64,000 bases of DNA from Phoronis australis (lineage: Eukaryota > Animalia > Phoronida), in assembly GCA_002633005.1 (NCBI GenBank), contig NMRA01000276.1, forward strand, positions 292,335 to 356,334. The letters are read 5' to 3'. Position 1 is the first letter of the stretch, and each line of letters begins with the position of its first letter. The notes under the pieces are model-generated. The model searched no databases. It was given only the letters and a program-made list of their open reading frames with translations, and was not told where the DNA came from. The position numbers and the translations under genes were made by a program. Below, in pieces: positions 13,358 through 27,554 of the stretch.

Positions 13358-15586
13358 CTAGAGACAAGAGAACTCGAGCAAGTAACGTGGTTGAACAGAA
13401 GGTAAATCAATTTAGGTTACAAAACATCATATATGGTTCTAGTTTTTGTTTTTTCTTGAAATTTAACACAATGGTATTTTCAAAAAGAAAAAGTCACCTA
13501 GTGCCAACTGGTCAGGACATTTCATTATTTTCCCTCACTACCACCTGATGCTAGCTGAAATGGGTCAAAATCCGTTTTTGCCTTGTGCCACCTGGTGCCA
13601 ACTAACATGGGTTGGGGTCCATTTTTTAACCAGTTGCAAGAGAGTAAAGTTCGTATCAAAATACACAGCGATTATATATGACATGCCAATGTATCTTAAC
13701 TACGCAGCTTTCTAATGTTTAATTTATTTAACAACTTATTTTTTTAATTTACACTTTCTTTTCAGCAATGGAGATTTGAATCTTTTAAGGATATCTCCAA
13801 CCTGATTCACAAAAATTGGCCATTTTCACAATACTTCACTTGTGTCTAGCAAAATACCTTATCTTCATTCTCGGGAACTTCAAATACAAAATATATATCG
13901 CGTAGCGAGAAAAAAGGATTTAGCAGAACCACATCGGAACCACACAACTGCGTGGATATTTGTTTACTACTTATCTCAGGTCAAAGGTTAAAGGGCTTTC
14001 AATAAAATCGAATCTCCCGCCAGGTACATTACAGCTTCGTATACCCTCAATCCTTTCATTCACAACGTCGCCATAACATTGAGCCAACGAGGTGTACTTA
14101 TGATAGAATGGCGCCGGGGAAAACAAAGACAAAACGTAGTTTTGATCCAAAGGGAGTTGTGCGTCTACATGCATACGACCGTTGGCGTTGAAAATGAATG
14201 CTAAGAGTTGCCTCAGGTCTCTGTGGTCATGAACACAGAAAGTTATGAAAAGAGATAAATTCTCACCCTAATTCCTTAATTCAATTAATAAGTTGACATT
14301 TCGATGTTTCGATCTCATGTTAACGACATACTGTAACCACCGATTCAATTTTTGTAATCCATTTCTTACTTGGTTTTGTATCAGTCTCCCAGCACATGAC
14401 GTGTACAGGCTATGAACTGTGACCTACTTAGAAAGTAGGTCATAAACAACAGTATAAGTTGGCTGGGAACAATACCTCTATTTGAGGTTTTAATGATAAT
14501 TAAGTTAGTTAGACACTGCAAAATCAGTTGACATTGCGAGTGAACGTTGAAATAGCTAATAGGAATGTATAGGTTATGTGTACCGAAAACTAGTTTTCAC
14601 CGAATAATTAACCGAAGACTTTGAGATTTTCACTTTCCCAATTTAATCGTTTTTTTTTTTTTCGGCTTCGGCAAATCGACTTTATTTGAACTTAGGAACA
14701 CTAGTTCTCGAAAACGGTAAGATGGATTTCGCTGAAACTTTCCAAACTTAATATTTAGTCATCAATCTCAAAAACGCTGTTAGGATTTTCGATATGAAGG
14801 CCTAGTTTTTGCATAATGTGACAAAGACGAATACAACTTCAATTTTTTACAACAATACCTTACGTTTTGCGAGTTGATTTGTCATAGAAACCAAACGAAC
14901 AGACTAATCAAAAATTCCAAACAGCGTTTTTGAGGTAACTGGTGAAGTTTTCATTTAAAAAAAGTTTTATTAAAATCGACCTATGAACGTACCTTTCTTA
15001 AAAATGAAATTTTGACTTAAAAAAACGTTTTTACATAAAGATAATAATGGCACAAAAATACAAAAAGTATATTTATATTTCCTGGTCTTTGTTCTTTCAG
15101 AAAATATATACTTTTACTAGTTGACAAAGCTTAGTTTTTTGATATACGAGTTAGAATGGAGGTCAATAAAAATGGTTGCAGATAACGTTAATGAATGATA
15201 CCTACTAATGAGAAACAGTGCCACAAACATGCTACAAAACAAATTGTTTCTTTACCAGGTCAAGAAAAAAAGTAGAATTAATCAGGTTTGCTGTAAAAAA
15301 TCAAGCCACAGATGAAAACAATGAGCATCATCCAATACTAGTAAAATTAAGAACGATAACTCGACACACTAAAAAATCTACAAGTACTCCAGGTAAAGAC
15401 AAGTTTTAAACAGTGTGCTATATCAATATAAAAGAAACACTTTCTCTGATGATGATGAAATTCATGGTCAGTATTAAATGAAATATGCACATTCATTGAC
15501 AGTGTGCAATATTTTGCTAGCAGCATGACTGAATTAGGAAGATGTTAAGTGTGTCATACACCAAGATGCAACTTAAGGTCACTTAC

Positions 15587-15710
15587 CATCTGGGTGAGTC
15601 TGTATACCCTTTTTTGATGCCATGCCACTTTTGTCAGCAGTAAACCTGCCTGTGCTGCCATCTTTTGCTAGTGCTTGTTCATAAGAGTTCATTCCTTGTA
15701 AACCAGTCAT
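15587..15710 (-). CDS. CNOT2: CNOT2 exon MTGLQGMNSYEQALAKDGSTGRFTADKSGMASKKGIQTHPD
   Basis: tttcAG / G|GTAAGT; KKGIQxxPDG matches vertebrate KKGIQVLPDG. Confidence 0.9.
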
Positions 15711-16915
15711 CTGAAAATAAAATGTAATTTCACTTTATCAACTCACACAAAATCATTTCAGTAATGTACTAATTCATAAATAAACAGAGTTCTTTGAAAG
15801 TCAAGTGATATAATATTCAACTTCACACTTCACTTTTACTTATGAAACATTTTGTTAAAACAATTGAGACATTTTACTATTCATAATATCTGCAGTTCAT
15901 TTAACAACAGTTATTCGAAAAAACTCTTTAAATCATTAGTCAAAACTTTTGTGTGTAAAACCAAGCAACGAGAATTTAGATGCATTGATTTTGTTAAGAG
16001 TAAATTTAATTCCTCATCTGTAACAAAACCAAGATGGCAAACTAACATTATTGTGTTCACCACTCTACCTGCCACAAAAGTATTCTCACTCATACCTTCT
16101 TCACAGTGCAGTACACTTCAGACCAGGCAAAAATCCATACAGGGGTGGTATACACTATGTGACAGATTTGGATCATATTATGCATTTTTGTTTACTTTCT
16201 TATGGTAATTTCTAAAATGCACTTAAAACAAATTCTATCGCGTTTACCTTAAAAGTTGGGTACCTCAGTTTTCACTGAAAACCACAATCAGAACTCATCC
16301 CAATAATCACAGTTTTTGTGACATTGTAAATAATTACAGAAGCTACTAGAAAATGAAGTACCCACTTTTTTGTATAAAGTCACCCATTGTCTTCGTAAAA
16401 ATGAAAAATAAAAGTGTCAAGTTGCACCTTAAGTTCCACAGTTCGGGTTTGAAAGGTCATGGGGTCATACAAGCAGAAAACATGGAAAACTTGCCCAGAT
16501 TTGAACGAGTCAATCTCAGCTGAAGCCAAATGTTACACTTGTCTTTGAAATTTAATTGTGAGTTTGATCTATCTTAGTAGACTAGATATTTGGCATCAAA
16601 ACCACCGGCAAACAAATGTCTTCATATAGTAATGATCAATTGTGAGTTTGATCTATCTTAGTAGACTAGATATTTGGCATCAAAACCACCGGCAAACAAA
16701 TGTCTTCATATAGTAATGATCAATTGTTCATAGCCACCTCAACCCAAGTGAGCAATTGTAACAACAGCTACTAGTCATCAAAAATGTTGAGTTTTTGAGA
16801 TCTAAAAGTGCTGAAATGGTTGTTAAAATTTTGGGTTTATTTCTTAGCATTTTTTTACTGTGAATTACCATTTTGATGAAAAGCCCTTCAGGTGTCTCTG
16901 ATATTGAAGAAAAAA

Positions 16916-17022
16916 TTGCTGCTGAGGTGGATGAACATTGCTGCTGAGGTGGATGAACATTGCTGCTGAGGTGGATGAACATTGCTGCTGAGGTGGATGA
17001 ACATTGCTGCTGAGGTGGATGA
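16916..17022. repeat. 22-bp minisatellite, about 5 copies
   Basis: attgctgctgaggtggatgaac. Confidence 0.9.
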
Positions 17023-17254
17023 AGTAGTTAATATAGTGTGTTCGTAGGCATCATATCCTTCAAATCTGGTTTGTGAAGCTTAAAGGAATATCGAAACCAT
17101 GCAGCAAGCAATTGAAGCACTAACTGATTGCAGCAAGTCCACAACAAGCCAAATGAAATATGTTAAAGACACCGACCCAGTCCCGTTCAGTGACAGTGCT
17201 GCAAGTAGCAGCTGATTCTTGCCAGAGTCAGACTGGGCTTGTTTACAACAGTTT

Positions 17255-17675
17255 CAAGGTACGTAAACTACACGGTCAACGGACTCATAAACACGGGCAC
17301 GAACGCATAAACACGACTCACGGACCAACAAACATCGTCCACTAACTCACAAACACGGGAACAGACTCACAAAACACGATCCATGAACCCTAACACACGG
17401 GACACGAACTCATATTCACGAGGAAACATGGGTCACGGACTCATCGGCTTCCTGGGTCAGCTGACATCTTCATTTTGTCTGTAGACCGTGTTCGGTGGTC
17501 CGTTAACCGTGTTTCCTCGTGAATATATCTCGTGTATTTGGGTGCGTGGATCGTGTTTTGCGAGTCCGTTCGCGTGTTCGCGAGTCAGTGGATGGTGTTT
17601 GCAGGTCCGTGAGTCGTGTTCATGCGTCCGTGCCCGTGTTTATGAGGCCGTTGACCGTGTAGTTTAGGTACCTTG
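17255..17675. mobile_element. Foldback MITE, almost entirely an inverted repeat
   Basis: CAAGGTACGTAAACTACACGGTCAACGG / CCGTTGACCGTGTAGTTTAGGTACCTTG; AGTTT on both flanks; other copies at 62597-63034 and (partial) 19958-20185. Confidence 0.8.
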
Positions 17676-20600
17676 AGTTTGTCCCCAAGAAATGACTGTT
17701 TGATGAAATCAAGCTCAGCATGGAATCAGATGGAGGCCAAGTAAAAGTAATATATGTGCCCACCTTCAGCATCAGAAAGGCTCTAAACCCAAGGCAAGGC
17801 TAAGCTTGAGTTTGGAATGTAAGTGGAAATGCAGCCAACAAAGAATTTCTGGAAGAACAGAATGTATCGATTCCAGTTGGGTCAGTAAGGTAAGGTGTTA
17901 TGCAAGTGCAGGTCATCAATGCTCTATACCTGTTGATAATGAATTTATTATATTCTTTGCTTTTTCAAGATTCTGACTGATGCCAGGAAGCAATTCAAAT
18001 TTTAAAGAGCCACAAAGCCGGGCACAACCCTACATGAATAGCGACACTTGAGTACTAGAGTAATTTTAGTAACTACTTTCAGTACAGCCTTGTATTAGTA
18101 AAAATTCTCTTTTTCTCAACATTTAGGGTTTGTCGAAATACATGCCATTTTATGAATATGCATGTGTAACAAGTGGAAATTTGGTGTCCATTATCAAAAG
18201 ATTTAATGGAGCCCTTGGCTCTTAGCTAGATCACGTCAATTTCCCTTCTAATTCACTTGTTGTCACTTCTGATCGGTCACATTGCTCTATCTGTATAACC
18301 AGAGATATATGATTTTCATCATATGCAGTGGAACCCCATTACAGTGGAGCCTAATTTAACATGGTTAAAGTAATAACACTGTTAGGGTCCCTAATATCTG
18401 AAGCATTCAACTTCAAGAATAAGACTGGGGAAAAACATTTTGGGATTCAAAATACAGAATTCTATTGGGAGTTGTGTTATGCCTTCTTTCCATAATACTC
18501 TATTTCAGTTCTATACAGAAACTGTAAGCGTTTACCAAAGAAGTTAGACACTGTTGTTGAGTTTACTACAGAAAGAGTACTAGTGCATGTACTGTAAGTA
18601 GTTAGTTAATGAATTGGAGTGTTGTTACACAAAACCTTTTTCTGAGATTCTTGGTTCCAGGATTAAGTGCATCTTGTCAACATTTAATGATTGCAAAACA
18701 GTAGTTGTAGTAGAGGATTTTTATTTCAATTGTATTGTGGTTTATTATAAACCTGGTAGACAAATAAATAAGCTGTGCATTCAGCAGATTTTGCTTCTCG
18801 AAGTTTTACTGCGCAAGTTATCCATAGTTACAGGAGTTGTTAACTACAAGGTTCGCACATTGCCTCAAATATAAACAGGGCTCGTGGACTTGTAAACTGC
18901 ACATTGACTCAAAAACTGCAGACAAAACACTTTGTATGTATGCTGCATTTACTGTCTGTCAACCATGTCTCTCAGTCAAAGTGGCTTTGGCTCCATGAAC
19001 TGTGATTTTTGGGTGCATAAGTTATGTTTTGTGAGTTTGGGCCAGAGCTTGTGAGTCACTGGATAGCATTAACAGACCTTGAACTATGTTTATGGTGAGG
19101 AACTATGTTCATAAATGCACAGTCTGTTTAGTTCTATGCCAGTTGTTTCACCACACCAGTCAACATTTGAAAAAGTTCCTCTGAGAGGGAAGACTGCTTG
19201 TAATGAAAGCTTAGGTACTTCAAGTACGTCATAACAAGATTTTTATAGTACTTTCCAAAGTTACTCCAGGTTGAGTTAGTGTCCACTGAGGCAAAGTTTG
19301 AAAGGTGCATTTGGCTAAAAATATTGAAGATGTATTGTATTCCCTTTAGCCTGAAAATCCTGTAAAACATAAAATTTTCTCAATCAGCATCTTGGCATGA
19401 AGAGTGTTGGATCTTATCTTAGTTTTATGGCTTTTCGAAGACATTGCAATGCTATGTATTAAAACAGATGGTTTTCCAGGTCGATGAATCTGCCAAAAAC
19501 TCCAAGCGACATTACAAACAGAAAGCCAGTGAAGCATTATCTGTAATTCGTGAATTACTCCTGGTCAGAGTGATGTTCTGAAGAATGTCTCTCACCTTAG
19601 CAGATTAAATTTTTCCCATTTAGCAGCACTCAATCGTTCTGGGAAACTCGCACTGTTTGATGCCTTTGAAATGAAAGCATTGCTGAAGAAGATCGTTGAT
19701 TTTGACTGCGACAAAAGATTGTTAAGTCAATAGAATTGCCGCAGTAGCGCATTTCATGTATGTACGACTGAAACATTTGAAATACAGTATGTCAAAAGTA
19801 GTCGGACAAAATGCTATTTCCATTTCGTGACGTGTAATCTGTGCTGACTAAAGATGTCTTATTGTACACTTAATTTGCTGGCACTTTGTAAATGTGACCA
19901 CATTTATTCTATTTACTTGATTTATGGCGTGTAATTTGCCTGTGTCCTATATCAGCNTTCCTGGGTCAGCTGACATCTACATTTTGTCTGTAAACCGTGT
20001 TCGGCGGTCCGTTAACCGTGTTTCCTCGTGAATATATCCCGTGTATTTGGGTGCGTGGATCGTGTTTTGCGAGTCCGTTCCCATGTTCGCGAGTCAGTGG
20101 ATGGTGTTTGCAGGTCTGTGAGTCGTGTTCATGCGTCCGTGCCCGTGTTTATGAGGCCGTTGACCGTGTAGTTTAGGTACCTTGAGTTTGTCCCCAAGAA
20201 ATGACTGTTTGATGAAATCAACCTCAGCATGGAATCAGATGGAGGCCAAGTAAAAGTAAGATATGTGCCCACTTTCAGCATCAGAAAGGCTCTAAACCCA
20301 AGGCAAGGCTAAGCTTGAGTTTGGAATGTAAGTGGAAATGCAGCCAACAAAGAATTTCTGGAAGAACAGAATGTATCGATTCCAGTTGGGTCAGTAAGGT
20401 AAGTTGTTATGCAAGTGCAGGTCATCAATGCTCTATACCTGTTGATAATGAATTTATTATATTCTTTGCTTTTTCAAGATTCTGACTGATGCCAAGAAGT
20501 AAATTTTAAAGAGCCACAAAGCCGGGCACAACCCTACATGAATAGTGACACTTGAGTACTAGAGTAATTTTAGTAACTACTTCCAGTACAGCCTTGTATT

Positions 20601-21965
20601 AGTAAAACATTCTCTTTTTCTCAACATTTAGGGTTTGTCGAAATACATGCCATTTTATGAATATGCATGTGTAAGAAGTGGAAATTTGGTGTCCATTATC
20701 AAAAGATTTAATGGAGCCCTTGGCTCTTAGCTAGATCACGTCAATTTCCCTTCTAATTCACTTGTTGTCACTTCTGATCGGTCACATTGTTCTATCTGTA
20801 TAACCAGAGATATATGATTTTCCTCATATGCAGTGGAACCCCATTACAGTGGAGCCTAATTTAACATGGTTAAAGTAATAATAGGGTCCCTAATATCTGA
20901 AGCATTCAACTTCAAGAATAAGACTGGGGAAAAAACATTTTGGGATTCAAAATACAGAATTCTATTGGGAGTTGTGTTATGCCTTCTTACCATAATACTC
21001 TATTTCAGTTCTATACAGTTCTATGTATAAGTTATGTTTTGTGAGTTTGGGCCAGAGCTTGTGAGTCACTGGATAGAGTTAACAGACCTTGAACTATGTT
21101 TATGGTGAGGAACTATGTTCATAAATGCACAGTCTGTTTAGTTCTATGCCAGTTGTTTCACCACACCTGTCAACATTTGAAAAAGTTCCTCTGAGAGGGA
21201 AGACTGCTTGTAATGAAAGCTTAGGTGCTCCAAGTAGGTCATAACAAGATTTTTATAGTACTTTCCAAAGTTACTCCAGGTTGAGTTAGTGTCCACTGAG
21301 GCAAAGTTTGAAAGGTTCATTTGGCTAAAAATATTGAAGATGCATTGTATTCCCTTTAGCCTGAAAATCATGTAAAACATAAAATTTTCTCAATCAGCAT
21401 CTTGGCATGAAGTGTGTTGGATCTTATCTTAGTTTTATGGCTTTTCAAAGACATTGTAATGCTATGTATCAAAACAGATAGTTTTCCACGTCGATGAATC
21501 TGCCAAAAACTCCAAGTGACATTACAAACAGAAAGCCAGTGAAGCATTATCTGTAACCCGTGAATTACTCCTGGTCAGAGTGATGTTCTGAAGAATGTCT
21601 CTCACCTCAGCAGATTAAATTTTTCCCATTTAGCAGCACTCAATCGTTCTGGGAAACTCGCACTGTTTGATGCCTTTGAAATGAAAGTATTGCTGAAGAA
21701 GATCGTCGATTTTAACTGCGACAAAAGATTGTTAAGTCAATAGAATTGCCGCAGTAGTGCATTTCATGTATGTACGACTCAAACATTTGAAATACAGTAT
21801 GTCAAAAGTAGTCGGACAAAATGCTATTTCCATTTCGTGACGTGTAATCTGTGCTGACTAAAGATGTCTCATTGTACACCTAATTTGCTCGCACTTTGTA
21901 AATGTGACCACATTTATTCTATTTACTTGATTTATGGCGTGTAATTTGCCTGTGTCCTATATCAG
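17448..21965. other. Tandem near-identical duplication across a single N (19957): probable uncollapsed haplotypes
   Basis: 17448-19956 is colinear with 19958-21965 and the junction falls exactly at the N; about 500 bp is present only in the first copy. Confidence 0.8.
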
Positions 21966-24347
21966 CCTCAATATAGTATTACTATTTTCTAAACTACTTT
22001 GGTGCTTGTTTAATGTTTGGCTATCTTATTATCGTTTTGCTACATAAGTACAGTATAACCTGCTCTGCTGGGTTTCTATGTCTAACATAATAAACAATAA
22101 TTTAAATCAGGAGAGTTTTTAAATATTGCCCAACTTTGTTCCAAAATCTTTTTGCAGAATTACCCAAGTTTACTTGCGTAAAGTCTGAACGTCTGTGTAT
22201 TTTATTTTCATTTTGCTGCACATGCATGGTCTTAAAATTTTTTGATGAAGTAGCTGACACCACATGTATTAGTCTCGAGACTGCTGAATTTTTGTATTCT
22301 GACTGATGGTAAGCACCAAGGGCTGTTCCAGTAAAATCCGTGTGGGGGGGGGGACGGCAGTAGAAATAAAATTCATGGGTGGTGGTCTTCAGAAAAAAAC
22401 TCAAATTATGGGTGGTCGTTCCTGTAAGAAGTGATGCATTAAAAATGGATGGTATTTTTTGATCTGCTAACGTTGACAGGTTGGTTAATTCAGCCAACAC
22501 ATCTCCAAAGAAATCAAAACTCANGGGGACAGGGCATAGGAATAACCAGAATTTCGCCACATTGGTGCACCCAGCCTAAAATGAAGGGATGCAGGGGTCT
22601 CGAATTTTTGGGTTTGTGGACCTTATTACTAAAAAAAGGTAAATGGGGTTTTTTCAAAGCCTATGCATTGTGCATTCGCCTCCTGAGCCCCCCTGGGTGC
22701 GTGCATATGCTAGTCAGCAATTCGCACCTCAAACTGTCAAATGGTACCTGGGAGAATTTTAGGTGGGGGCCCGTGGCCCCCTCCCTAAATCCGCCACTGA
22801 AACTGTGGTAGGTGCAAAAAACGTCTGAACTGATTTTTCTGCTATTTTGCGTGTGCAATACTCGGTTTCCAGTGTTTTTTGATGAAAATGTCTACAAAAC
22901 TTTCGCAAATACATCTATGTGTTGTGGGTAAAAACAAAAAAAATATTGGTATCCATAAGGCGAGAATATTTAGACATCCATATGAATATCTGGGCGTGGC
23001 TGTTCGGGGACTTTCCCAAATTACAAGCGTAAGAAAAGTTAATTTTAAAACAACCGATGAATGCCAATTTCACCGGCAGTCGATTGTCCTCATAACACCA
23101 GTTTTTCTAACCTCATTTCACAGCATCTATCCCATACAGTTTCAATACATCTCTTTTTATGAATGACTACTCTCACGTTTGCTGATATACACTATATAGA
23201 GATGCAGTTGTCTCCTTCCCGCCCAATACGCACATTATTGTTTTTATTCTACAATAAAATTTGTTGAATCGAGACTTCGAGAAAATCAGACCCACACATT
23301 AAAATTTCAGAATTCGAGTTCGCAGTTATGTATAACTGAAGACTTACTTTATAGATTTTTTACTCAAATATAATGCATTTTGAAAAAGTGAGTTCATTCA
23401 CATATTGGCAGTGTTATCATGTGGGTCAAAGGAAACCAAAGTGCTTTGTTGTGGTTCTCATTCTTTTCTGTCAAGTAACCAAATTAAAGCTTTACGGTTT
23501 CCTTACCAAATAAGCATTTGATATGTTCGAGTGCCTATATTAAGATTTCAAAACTGTATTTTGAATCCTCGCATACATTTGTTACTATGCAGACATTGGC
23601 CAGTTGTACAATTTTGGTGAGGTACCCTACTTCTAGAGCCCGATGCGGTATGAAGAAGGGTGATTGCCTAGACTTTTTATGGTTTTATTTTATAGAGCTA
23701 AGATCAATCTAAACACTGGTTGTAGTTTTGTTGTTTTAAATTTCGCTTCAGCCGAGATAATGAGGCAGGAAGTAGGGCAATTTTCAACATTTCGAAATCA
23801 CCACAAACTAGCTAAACTTGTAGCCTTCAAAAACAGCTAAGATGAAACTGACTCTGTGATATTTTCTATGGCTGGCAAGGTAAAAGACACCTTAATTCAA
23901 TAATAAAATTATAGTGTTTCATTTCCCACTCTTATTCTCAAGGTAAGTTCGTAAAAAGTGCCAAAATGTAGCTGTAACAAGACTTGGAATTGGCAGAAAA
24001 AGCAACACGTTCCCATAGCAACAACAAGGTGGCGCAGGAAAAAAACTTAATGTGGGTATGAAGGTTGGGGCATCAACCCCTATCATCATGCAAAACAATC
24101 GAGGAAATCAGTGACAAAGCCTTTATCACTTTTTGCCTGGTCCATTTGTGGACATGCTCTTAAGGTTAATTCAACAGGTCACAAATGTCTACCACAAAAG
24201 TATTGTCACTCACCCCCAATTCATTTCATGTTCATTCAACTGATGATAACAGTCTACCATTGAAGTATTCTCCCTCACCCCCTATTCATTTCAATCATGT
24301 TATTTCAACAGATGATAACAGTCTATCATGAAAGCATTCTCACTCAC

Positions 24348-24385
24348 CCCTCTATTTACTTCTGGGGCACTTGTGTTGGGAGGGT
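24348..24385 (-). CDS. CNOT2: CNOT2 small exon NPPNTSAPEVNRG
   Basis: ttcAG / GG|GTGAGT; 38 nt supplies exactly the phase 1 to 0 conversion needed between the flanking exons. Confidence 0.75.
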
Positions 24386-24918
24386 CTGAAAGTATTGAAC
24401 CATTTCACAATATCTATATGAAGCCGTAGACAGTCATACTATCAAAAATAACATGTCTACAGTCCGTTACAAACGACCAATAGTATGAAATTTTGAAAGC
24501 ATTTAACAACATTTAATAAAGTATTGACAGTATTCAATATGTACATAAACCAGAGATAGTAACATTACCATGAATAACATGTCTACAGTACACAACATAT
24601 GATCAATGTAGAATGAAGCATTGAAAAGTACTTCACATCTACAAACATCCAGAGATAGTCACACTGCCACAAGTAAGTTGTAACGTTAAAGTATTTCTAA
24701 AATTTCTTTGACGAACACATTCGCTCAATGTCTGCCATAAATTTCAAACCATGCTCAATTGAATGTCGGTCAAACTTTACATTGCGCCACCCTAACATAC
24801 AACAAGATGTACAGATCCTGAAATTTAACACAGCTGAAATATTGTCCTACCTACGTATTGCTACTTCATAAACATTTCAAGGATAAAAACAAGTTGGCTA
24901 AGAAATATGTGCACTTAC

Positions 24919-25005
24919 TAACTGCTCCTGGTAGAGCCGGGAAATCTTCCTGCTGTATAGTGAACTCAGGTGTCTGCTCTGTAGCTGGTTTACTAACCAT
25001 GCCAA
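24919..25005 (-). CDS. CNOT2: CNOT2 exon VGMVSKPATEQTPEFTIQQEDFPALPGAV
   Basis: tgcAG / GTAAGT; clear match to vertebrate VGMVTKPANEQSQDFSIHNEDFPALPG. Confidence 0.92.
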
Positions 25006-25235
25006 CTGCAAGAGATGGGTTTAATAGCTATTACAAATGGTAACTTTCACTTCATTATCAATAGAATAATCAGAAATACTGGCAGTAACTAAATGAAAAC
25101 ATTAGAACGCCACAGGTGTCTCACTTTAAATTGATACCATACAATAAATAGTCACCTTAATAAGACATTCTCTTTTAAATTGATTCTCATCCACAGAAAG
25201 CATAATACACAATCTGTCATTTTTGAGATCAAGTT

Positions 25236-25383
25236 TGACACTAGTAACATGTAAGTACATGAACACATTGTGACACTAGTAACATGTAAGTACATGAACA
25301 CATTCTGACACTAGTAACATGTAAGTACATGAACACATTCTGACACTAGTAACATGTAAGTACATGAACACATTCTGACACTA
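25236..25383. repeat. 35-bp minisatellite x4
   Basis: tgacactagtaacatgtaagtacatgaacacattc. Confidence 0.9.
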
Positions 25384-26260
25384 TTTACCTGTACATACAT
25401 ATATTTCACCTTCACCAAAGTCTAATTTTTACATCATGATTATTTGTTCTTCAACATATTTTGGTCAACACAAGCCAAGACTCAATTCTGACACATGACG
25501 AAAGTAAACAAAAAGTTGTAGTAGGTCATTTTTTCAGTTAAAGAAGTTTCAAGTTTTTTGACGACTTGTCAAGAGAGAACTGGTCAGACAACTCTAATAC
25601 GTTATCCAATAACCAGTTGCCACTCATGTTTAAATGGTGATTAACTCGAACTGTTGTCTAATATTGGAACTTGCAAGTTCTCAAAGGGATCCATGAATCC
25701 ATGTACCTGCCATTTCATGCAACTTGACTTTTCTAATCTTATATCCAGTCACTTACAGCACTCAGGGGCTTTTTTGGCCCAAATTCACTTCGGGAAAGTG
25801 GATGTTTCCGAAAGAGGCACTTGGGGACTCTTCCATAACTCCTTGATAATCTATTTTATCGCACTTCAGAACACACACTCACGATAGTATTTGTAAACTT
25901 GAGTTTCAATTGTTTGCCTTCAGACCAGCTTCACTTCAGTTGATGAGAAACCTCAAATGTACCATACAACTTAGAGGACAGATTCTTAAGAAGCTCAACC
26001 ATCAAGTGACCGTTGTAAATCAGATGGTTTACCAGTCAGTGATGGCCGTGAATCAAATGACCACTCGGAGTGACAGCCATGAACCAGATGACCACTCACA
26101 GAGTCAGCCGTGAATCAGACGACCGCTCACAATGATGGCACTGAATCATATAACCACTCACAGAGACGGCCCTTAGTCAGATGACCACTCGCAGTGACTG
26201 CCATGAATCAGATGACCACTCACAGTGACGGCCCTGAGTCAGATGACCACTCGCAGTGAN

Positions 26261-27429
26261 CTCCACAATAACAATTCCAAACTCGACGCAAATTTCTAGA
26301 GTTGAGTATCAGTAGGCAACACTACAGTGTTGACTAGCGGAGATGGTAAAACATCTTCGCTGGAGGTATTTATGTAGGACCTATGTTTCAAAAATTTACA
26401 TTGAACTCGTCAGGTGTGACCTACTTTTTAACACTTTGTAGGGCCTACACGTGAAAACCACTTATGACCGTCTCACGAATAAAAAAATTGTTGCTAAAAG
26501 CACGTGGCCAGGAAGCGCGCCCTACATACTTGTCACTTGACATCACAGACATTAGTCTCCAGGAACTATCGATGTGATCAGCAATTGCTAAACAAAACGC
26601 GTTCTCGCGATATTGCTTGTGTTATTTCTTTAGTTACAATGCACACCTCTGGCAAATGAACGCTGATGACACGCACGTGCTCACTCACTCACACACGCAG
26701 ACGATCTTTAAAACAAAGGTCACGTGACTACAACATGTGCGTTCGTCCAGATTTTTGCTGGATACAATCTTGCGCAGATTTAAACCTATCTTGTTCATAA
26801 TACCGAATCCACAGGAACTTAAAATCTTAGGGACGCTATTTGGAAAACTTCAATGATGTTTTCAGGTAATTTGTTGAGTCGAAACTATATTTTTATTCAA
26901 GCTGCCCAGTCGACAATCGCTAGGCAGCGGCGCAAAAAGTCGGCGTGCTTTCGCACTGGGATTTCAGCACAATTTTCGGTAGAATGATCGTAATTTAACA
27001 ATGACGAGGTTTGATAGCAACGCATCACAGTTTTGTTGTTTTATTGAAAGCCTGTCACAAGCTACAGATACATCACATAGCGTAAATTTGATGAATCCTA
27101 GTTTCCGATTTCACCCCTTTCTGAGACCGGGTATCAACCGCTTTGGGTTACAATAAGTGCCCCCGCCCCGAGCGCCTTAATACGGCGATTACGGTGCTGT
27201 TTAACTGTCTCTTACTAAAGTAAACTATATGTTAATTGTTGGTAAAATCAGGCTCTCTGATTAGATGCTGAGGGCTGCAGTATCAAGTCAGTCAAGGTTT
27301 TAAACCTGGCGCGGCAATTTTTAAACTTGACACGCTTTCCCCGAAGTCGACGCGCTTTCCCCAGACTCGACACAGCAAAATCCAAACTCGTTACCGCGTC
27401 GAGTCAAAACAGGTCGTGGAGAACACTGC
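26261..27429. mobile_element. hAT-like non-autonomous element (CAGTGTTCTCCAC-type TIR) inserted in a 30-bp minisatellite
   Basis: Right end GTGGAGAACACTG at 27417-27429 (and 30617-30629); left end ctccac cut by the N at 26260; a left end of the same family starts at 63837. Confidence 0.5.
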
Positions 27430-27554
27430 ACTCACAGTAATGACCGTGAATCAGATGATCAATCATAGTGATGACCCTAAATCACCTGACCTACCAGTTA
27501 GCAATAGATGTGAATCACCTGACCCACCGTACAATGACAGCCATGATGACTTAC

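Noticed and set aside
14571-15189. Another TTAA-type non-autonomous DNA transposon
   Set aside because: The candidate TIRs (aggttatgtgtacc / ggttgcagataacgt) are too degenerate and the left TSD is missing, so it is not called.
19134-21380. Duplicated 78-aa ORF pair as a small gene family
   Set aside because: Both lie in the N-junction duplication, have no recognisable domain, and differ by many non-synonymous changes.
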